Below, one piece after another: positions 56,200 to 64,000 of a stretch of 64,000 nt of DNA. Every line of letters begins with the position of its first letter. Position 1 is the first letter of the stretch. This DNA is from Lama glama (lineage: Eukaryota), in assembly GCA_028534125.1 (NCBI GenBank), contig CM052816.1, positions 73,904,001-73,968,000 of the forward strand, in the 5' to 3' direction. The translations under genes were made by a program, and so were the position numbers. Under the pieces are notes generated by a model, which saw only the letters and a list, made by a program, of their open reading frames with translations, ran no database searches and was not told the origin of the DNA.

Positions 56200-57230
56200 T
56201 TAGGGGGAAAATCTACCCAAACCGAATATCATACTTCAAACTAAACTAAACACTATACATCAGAATGATAAAGGAAGAAAAGCAACCCAAAAAGAAAAAG
56301 AGAAAGAAAAACTTTGGTGAATATCTCTCTTGCCTTTGGATTAAAAAATATTTCCTAAACTTACAGCAATGGGGAAAACTACAAAAGAAAACATAAATAG
56401 ATTTAAGTATGAAAAATGCATATAGTAGTAGCCTCAAAAAAATTACACGATAAAAAATTAATATAAAAGCTCACAAAAATTAAAATGAAAACAAAACACT
56501 AATATCCTACTAGAAAATGAATACAAATGACCTATTCAAAGAGAAATAGTAACCAAATTTTTAAAAAAGTTCACCCTAAGAGTCAAAGAAACGTGAGTAC
56601 AAAAAGCAAGATACTTTTTTTCCCTCAAATTCAAAGAATCAACAAAATCATAATATTGCTGAAATGCAACAATTAGCCAGACAATCTATTGATAAGATTA
56701 TTAGCTGCATCATCTTTCAGGAAAGATAGTTCATCAAGTATACATCAACTGCCAAAAAGTTGATATCCATTCATCCAGGGATTCTACTTCTAAGACTTGT
56801 TTAACCCCAGGGAAATAAGTGAAATATGGATACAGGAATAAAGCAGGAAAAAAAAATGTTAGAACATTATTTTTACTTGACAAAAACTGAAAATCAATGA
56901 AAATCCCAACTTTGGAAGAACAGTTAAATAAAATATGGTACAGACAAGCACGAAAATTCTACAAAACCACTACAATACATTTAGAAAGAGTTCCCAATGA
57001 CTTATTACATTAAGGGGAAAAACTTGTAATATTAAGTGGGGAAAGTAAGCACAACATTGTATCCTCATCTAACATGATAAAAAGGCACGGGAAAGGCTGA
57101 AAGGAAATGATAAAATGTTAACAGTATTTGTCACTAAGTGGAGGGATCACAGATGATCTTTATTTTCTACTTTGGACTTCACTGCATTTCCAACAAAAGT
57201 CGCATACTATTTTTATAAAAATAAAGTACT
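56200..57230 (+). mobile_element. Ancient L1 (L1ME-like) fragment
   Basis: A-rich + strand with degenerate ORF2-end motifs (gattctacttctaag, gttaaataaaatatggtaca); approximate. Confidence 0.55.
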
Positions 57231-59895
57231 CCTGCATAATCACAACCAGTTTCTCCTTTAAGTTGGGGACAGAGATTAAAGAGTTGTACTAGAATAATTA
57301 AAATAACTTAGAAATGCCATTGGCCCAATCTGTTTACTTACCAACTGTAAAGGCTTCACCCAAAGTCCTCCACCCTCCCTGTGACAGCAAAGGAAGCTCT
57401 ACAGTTAGGATGGCTTTCAAAGGTTGCATCCAAACACTTATACTGGGAGACAGAAACATAACTAAGGGTGGGTAACAAACTAAGACATACAGATGTTTTA
57501 TCACATATAGAGAAGAATATATCCAATACTTAATGCAAATCCTTCAAATACAGAGACATGCCCTAACACCCCAGCAATGGCCCTGTGCAGATCCTAGATA
57601 CAAGGGTAAAAGATCACAGAAGCACATCAGGTGTCGTAAGACAGAACTGTAGGAGAAGGCATAAGAGTTCATAAAAAATGCAGGTAAGAGAGATTTTTTT
57701 AGAGGTACAATTGGGCTTTCCCCTTTTGACTGCTCACTTCTGTTAATTTTATCATTTGTCTGCAAAAGATGAGATACACAAAAAGACCAAGTCTGTTAAA
57801 TTTCCTCAAACCATCTCCCCTACCACCAAAAAAAAAAAACAAAACCACTATGATTGGAAACAACAAGGAGAAAAAAATTTTTACTATATTCCCTGGCACA
57901 ATACAAACTGTGGGTGAAAGGTCTGGCATGATGTCCAACGTCATGAATTTGTCATATTTCGTGGTTCTTTCTGATTCGTAGACATTAAGTTCCTATTAAG
58001 ATTACTGAGTTCCCTCCCAGTTGGGAGTTTATGTCCACACTTTTGCCAAGACAATGGCAGGACACCACGTACTCATAATCATTCAAGAATTCATCCATTC
58101 ATTGACTCAATTAATATTTATTTAGTGTCTAACCATGTGCAGGCTAGATGGGGAAGGAAAATTTATAGCTCTGAGGTCTAATATTTTAGGACTGAGAGGC
58201 TGTATTCAAAGGTTAGTTAATAGTTTTTATTACTAGGATAGCTGAGGTATTTATAGCACTCATCTAAAAATTTTAACTATAGAATTTCCCAACTGGTTGG
58301 CCATTATTTGGGGTGAGCAGGGGTGCCACAGATTAGTGTAAGGTCATTGAATCTCTGTGTGCACCAAGAACTGACAGTGGACTGAAAAAACACTGCACAC
58401 ATGTGTACTTTCTACATGTGTGCGTGCATGGCGGTGATTCATACAAATTCGTTCTGAAATGAGACTGAATTCATAGTATCTTTTCATACTCATGTGTTTT
58501 CCCATTAAACAGATGCAGTTTTTTAAGTATTAAAATTCAAAATTTCTAGAAAAAAATTACTCACTTCTAAAAATAGCTGTAACAACTTATTGCTATGTAA
58601 CAAAAGAATATATCATTGGCCTCTCTACAACTCTAAACTGAAAAAGAGAAATTTAGCTTAAACTGAATCTCAAAAGCTAAAGATTTGCAGGAAAGTTTTG
58701 CAATATATTACCTCTCTGAATAACTCAGGCCTAACAGGATCATCTGAAGTCAATAAATTCCCAGATTCTATCTCACTGGGAAAAGAATCAAGCCCTCACA
58801 GACAACTTTAATCACACCAAAAAAAAAAAAAGAAAGAAAGAAAGAAAGAAATTAAGAGGAAACCACGAAAAATATTAAGAACAAGACACCAAGATTAAAA
58901 AGGTTTACCACAAAATTTTATAATGATTACAAGGAAGCATTTAGCATTATTTACTGGAATTATTCAATGGCACATAATCAGATGGGGAAATTCCTAACTT
59001 CCTGGCCTATAAGGCGTCAAATTAGGCAGGCTCAAGAAAAACTCTCTGCTTTAACAAGAACATGGTATATTTAACATTATAGTAGCAAAGAGATTAATAA
59101 TATAAATTATCAAACATATTTATCTAAACCAAAATAGATTTCTCATAAACAAGTACTACAAAGACAAGGATAATTTTTAATGTAACACATCATACATGGA
59201 CTAGATGCAAAACAGAGCATGTAAAGACATTCTGAACCATAGTACTTACACATTAAGAAATGTCATTCTAATAATACAGTTTTACACTTTGCACTGATGT
59301 TTACCCAACATCTTCTTGTTGCTACTCTGATTTTCATTTTCTCTACACAGTCCACGAGCTCTGGGAGAAATGACCTGAAACTGCTCTAGAAGCAGGCCTG
59401 GCTGGCCTAAGGGTAATCTCATCACCTTCCTGATGACCGGTTCAGAAATCCAGAAGTAAGCCAGGGTCATCTCATGCCCTGCCACATGGATTGGTTCAGA
59501 GGTGGGCATGTCACTCTATTAAGACCCGTAAGAAGGAAGGAAAGTGTACTCAGGGCTTCTGAAAAAGAAGTTTCCTTGTTCTCGGAGAGGGAACCAGCAG
59601 AACCGGCTTGCCTCGTCCTCTGGACGTCGTGCTGGGCTGTGCAAACCGGAGCCTGAAGCTGCCCCTGCTGCCCTCCCCTCTGAGGGGAGAACCAACTCAA
59701 GGAGGGCAGAGCTGCGGAATCTCCGGTTCAGAGAGACACATCAGCTGTTCGGCACTGAAACTGGAATTTACATCTGCTCTCGCTGACTCTAAACCACAGT
59801 CTGATCCCCAATGAATGGATTCAGCATAAGCAGATAAAATTAAAACTGGAGGAGGGGAAAGAGGCTGTCTGCTACTCATCAAAATCCACATTTCT

Positions 59896-60281
59896 TACAG
59901 GTTGAATTGTGTCCCCAGAAAAATTCCTATGTTGAAGCCCTAACCCCAGGTTAGGGTTTAGAATATGACTGTATGGAGAGAGGGTCTTTAAAGAAATGAT
60001 GAAGTTAAATTAGGCCACTAGGGTGGGCCCTAATCCAATCTGACTGGTATCCTTAAAACAAGAGAAAATATAGACACACAAAAAAAGACACCAAGACCAT
60101 GTGACGCAGCAAGAAGAGGANNNNNNNNNNNNNNNNNNNNNNNNNNNNNNNNNNNNNNNNNNNNNNNNNNNNNNNNNNNNNNNNNNNNNNNNNNNNNNNN
60201 NNNNNNNNNNNNNNNNNNNNNNNNNNNNNNNNNNNNNNNNNNNNNNNNNTTCTGCTAAGGCAGCCTTAACAAACTAATACA
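59896..60281 (+). mobile_element. MLT1A/B-like MaLR LTR spanning a gap, apparently inside older LTR-like sequence (~59380-60610)
   Basis: gttgaattgtgtcccc...tatgttgaagccctaacccc...gggtgggccctaatccaat...gcagccttaacaaactaataca. Confidence 0.8.
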
Positions 60282-63199
60282 ATTAGGGCACACAGGCCAC
60301 AATTCCCAGCCTCCTTCACAGTTAGGTCTGGCCATGTGAGCAGGGATGGTGTGTGTCACTCCTAAGTGTCCCATGCACACTCTTCCAAGTCCCTTTCCCT
60401 CTGGCTGGCTAGAACAGAGGCAGGGCCCTGAGCAGCCTCCACAGCCTCATAATGATGATGGTAACATGGTCATACCCGAACCCCAGCTGCACACGAAGGA
60501 GCACTGCCCGCCAACGTGTCCACCACTGGTAACCGAGCAAGAAGCACATTTCTGTAGTGTCTGAGCTTTGGGGTAAATGTGCTGGAGCACCTAGACCACC
60601 CTAACTAATCCTGAGGCACAAGAAAGTCCAGAAAAAGTGGAAAGAAGGAAGAACAGAAATGCGTATGGTGGAAAGTGCTGGTTGTAGCAGTAACTCTTAG
60701 CAGGCACTGCTTCCCCAGAGAGAGCCTCAGCGTCCAAATCCTTTTCAGCTCAGGGACTGCCAAGGAGGGGAGCACAATGCTTCCTGATCTTGCAACATAC
60801 TTCTGGAGAAATAATAGGTCAAACCAAAAGACAATTCTGTGCCATAAATTTTCCTAGCAGGACACTTGTTAAATTTGGCCCAGACGTCACTGAGTGTGCT
60901 CAAACACACTCTGAAAAGTCAGGACTGATACATGGCAATGGAAAACGCCACAACTTTGGCACCTTCCTCTTGATGACAAGCTGCCCTGCCTCTATTGAAA
61001 GCTACAAAGAGGTATGCAGACAGCCTGTGGTTCCCACCCCTTGATGTTACAACATTTAAATATTTCTCTCTGTTCTTCAAACTTCTCAAAACAAATGAAA
61101 CCTTGTATGAGTAATATTACAAAATGCCATACAATCATACAATCCATTTAAGGGAGGGGAGGATGGTAGATGAATAGGATTAGTCAGTTAAAAAAAAAAT
61201 TAAATAATTTAAAAAAATTGGAAATCACTGATCTGTATAGTTCTGTCCTGTAAGACCATAATGCTTACAAAAGAAGGAAAAGAACAATTTGAAAAATAAG
61301 TCTTTATTTTAGAGAAAAATCTTGTATGGTCATCAAAACAATATTATCTTTTTGGAATTTCATAAAAGGAGAGTATATTGCTGTATCAATTATTTCCTTG
61401 CCTAAAAGAACAAGTTTGCAAATTACGGTGGGAGGTTATTCTTTTGTACTACATTTCTACTCCACGTGAAAGATGGAGTCAAAGAGACTGGCAGCATCAG
61501 GTAGAGAACCACTGTTGGGTTTCTAGGAGAGTGAAATCTCTCAGGTTTGTTTTCCTATGTGTAAGGCCCTTGCATCTCAAGGGAACACACCCACTCCCAA
61601 CTCTCCAGTCATACAAAATCACCACAAAGGTCCTCCAAGGGACGGATTCTACAGACCCTATCTGGTAGAGATAAAAATTAAAGGTACCATTACCCTAATT
61701 TGGATTGTGCCTAAAAAGAGGTCCAAGTACATACAGCCTAAAGTATTATAATTTATAATCAAGCAATGAGTATCTTCCCTCCTGGCTAAGAGGACTGTCT
61801 ACTTCCTAGTTCTATCTGCTGAGAGGTGGCGCTGACCATCTCAAACTGCCAAGTTGGCAAGGTCCTGGTTTCAAAATTTAAGGAAGCTAGCTTCCCAGTC
61901 TTAAATTAGCCTCTCCAGTGTCCCTAACCAAGAGTGTTCTATCTTTCCCTGAATAGCACTGGAAAAATAAAAGGGATTGTACCCACCGAGATCTAAGGAG
62001 AGCACCCAGGCTAGCTCAGCGCGTGCTGAGCCACTGTTGTGCGCCAGGCTCTCTGGTGAGCACCGGCCACAGGAGGGATAAGCCAGGCACTCCTGCTGCA
62101 CCCGCAGGATGACAGGGCACCAAAGGGCAGTGAGACTGAGAACCACCTACTGGAATCTGAGGCACAGGGAAATGCTATGAATGCAGGAAAAAACAGTGTT
62201 TCCCAGGGACCAGGGGATGACAGACACTACGGAGAAACTACTGAGCGGGATTTCAAAAGGCAGGGAAGAGGGGGTCGGCATTCCAAAGAGAAGGAACGAT
62301 CTGCGCGAGGACCGGAAGTCCTGGGCCAGTGTGTGGGGTAACGGCAGCCAGCAGGACGGAAATCAGGCCCAGAGAGCAAGGAATTAGTTTAACACGAGGC
62401 CCAAGGCTAAATCAGGACTAGAAACTGAAAGGCAATGAACACCTTACGAAGGAGTGCACAATTTAGAGCACAGGGAAGGGTGGGGGCGGGGCAGGGGGCA
62501 TGTGATCCAGTCCTGATGACTTTAGACGCCTTTAGCGAATGATGCTGGGGACCGAAGTGGTCTAGGTTACTGTCATCATTACTAAACAAAACCCCAGGCT
62601 TTCCAATAGCTGTGGTTCAATTATGAAATGAGGGCAGGACCTGAGGTGGGGAAGGGGAGAGCAGGAAAGCTAGATGACCCTGTGATGCTTAAGATTTTCT
62701 AATCAGGCGGTCATCAGGAAAGGGTTTAAATGGAGGAGCTTTGTACCCCGCAGGGTAGATTTAGTGCGCGCCCCACAACACTCTTAATTCTCACGGGAAT
62801 TTAGGCAAAATTTGCCTAACACATCACCAGTGTTAAACCACTGTGATCCCTCCTCACTCCACGCCTATAATCCCCTCCCTAATTTTCCAACCTGATTTAG
62901 TCTCTTGCTGATTAAATATTTCAAGTCAATGAAGTCTCTATAAAAGGGTTCCAGAACAACAGAAATGCTAAAAAATCTCCTATGGTTCAGAAGGTTTAGT
63001 GAGAAAGTCTATGAGCAGAGCCTAAACATTAGCAGAGGCGGGGCTGCTGTCCTTCTTAGTGGTGACCCTACAGGTCACAGAGCTGGGCGGGAGGCTGAAA
63101 GTTTTCTCTGGGGTGCACAGTGCCACAAAATGGGCCTGTCAGCTAGGCCCTATCTTTATTTTTTTTTTTAGTATTTCCACAAACTTTCATTTATTTTAA

Positions 63200-63344
63200 A
63201 AATTATACTAAAATACATATACATAACAAAATTTACCGTCTTAACCATTTTAAGTGTATAGTTCAGTAGACTTATGTAGATTCACATTGTTGTGCAACCA
63301 AAGAACCCTTTTCATCTTGCAAAACTGAAGCCAGTAAACACTAA
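63200..63344 (-). mobile_element. L1 (L1MB-like) 3' end running into a gap
   Basis: aaaatttaccgtcttaaccattttaagtgtatagttcagt...ttcacattgttgtgcaacca...tttcatcttgcaaaactgaa. Confidence 0.8.
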
Positions 63345-64000
63345 NNNNNNNNNNNNNNNNNNNNNNNNNNNNNNNNNNNNNNNNNNNNNNNNNNNNNNNN
63401 NNNNNNNNNNNNNNNNNNNNNNNNNNNNNNNNNNNNNNNNNNNNNNNNNNNNNNNNNNNNNNNNNNNNNNNNNNNNNNNNNNNNNNNNNNNNNNNNNNNT
63501 CACTCATTATTTCTACAAATTTTGAGTTAGGATTTTATGAAGTAGAGAACTAAACAGAGAACTGGAGGTGAATTTCTGTTAGATGACATCTTGAGTGACA
63601 TAGCCTCATTCTGTTCAGAGATTTCATGTCTTTGATTTCTGAAGTACAACATTATTAAAGAGGATTAAAAATGCTTTCCAAGTATGTCTGGTAAGACTGG
63701 TTCTTCACCATGTCTCAAATTTCCTGATATAAACCCAACTGAATTATTTCTACCAGAAACATAATCAAATTATGGAGTAAATAATGTAATTAATACCTTA
63801 AATACAGTTACTTTCCTTTGAGCTAGGTCCTATCTTAAAGGTATCTACAGGAAGTGAAATCCAAGCCCTTAACCCATCACCCAGCCCGATTGAGGGGATG
63901 TAGGTGATGGTACAAGTTATAAGACCCAAGATCCAGGCAGCATAAAACCTAGCTAGCTACAGAAATACTTCCTTCCACCTACAATCTTCATTCCACCTAC

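Noticed and set aside
57550-57565. 16-nt match (acagagacatgcccta) to the reverse complement of 44127-44142, a possible local source of the extra L1 tail
   Set aside because: About one such match is expected by chance in an all-against-all 64-kb comparison, and the similarity does not clearly extend.
61816-61834. Partial CTCF-like motifs (AGGTGGCGCTG here; also near 7695-7710 and 39779-39797)
   Set aside because: They mismatch the core at several constrained positions (mostly the 5' CCAS half), so they are too weak to call without data.

Overview
Mammalian genomic DNA, AT-rich and repeat-rich, with four assembly gaps (31142-31641, 50174-50345, 60121-60249, 63345-63499). It is most likely camelid, judging from three copies of a tRNA-derived SINE resembling the Camelidae Vic-1 family. 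The window holds the 3' two-thirds of NNT (mitochondrial proton-translocating NAD(P)+ transhydrogenase) on the minus strand. There are 15 coding exons, matching human exons 8-22 in size and phase as I recall them. All have GT-AG boundaries and join into one open frame of 2297 nt (about 765 aa, roughly residues 322-1086) ending in TAA at 12937-12939. They cover the end of domain I, membrane domain II and the NADP(H)-binding domain III. Exons 1-7 lie beyond the right edge; about 10-12 kb at the left is 3' UTR or downstream intergenic DNA. I found no evidence of a second protein-coding gene or of a new multi-gene system. The best leads are small-scale: a Ser->Thr change in the K-R-S NADP 2'-phosphate motif; TSD-flanked composite or orphan retro-insertions that look like L1 3' transductions; a perfect 30-bp palindrome inside an L1; a structured weak acceptor at exon 16; local CpG/GC3 enrichment of exons 16-17; a near-consensus CTCF motif; and a candidate poison exon in intron 20. 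Repeat family names and orthologue comparisons come from memory, not database searches.
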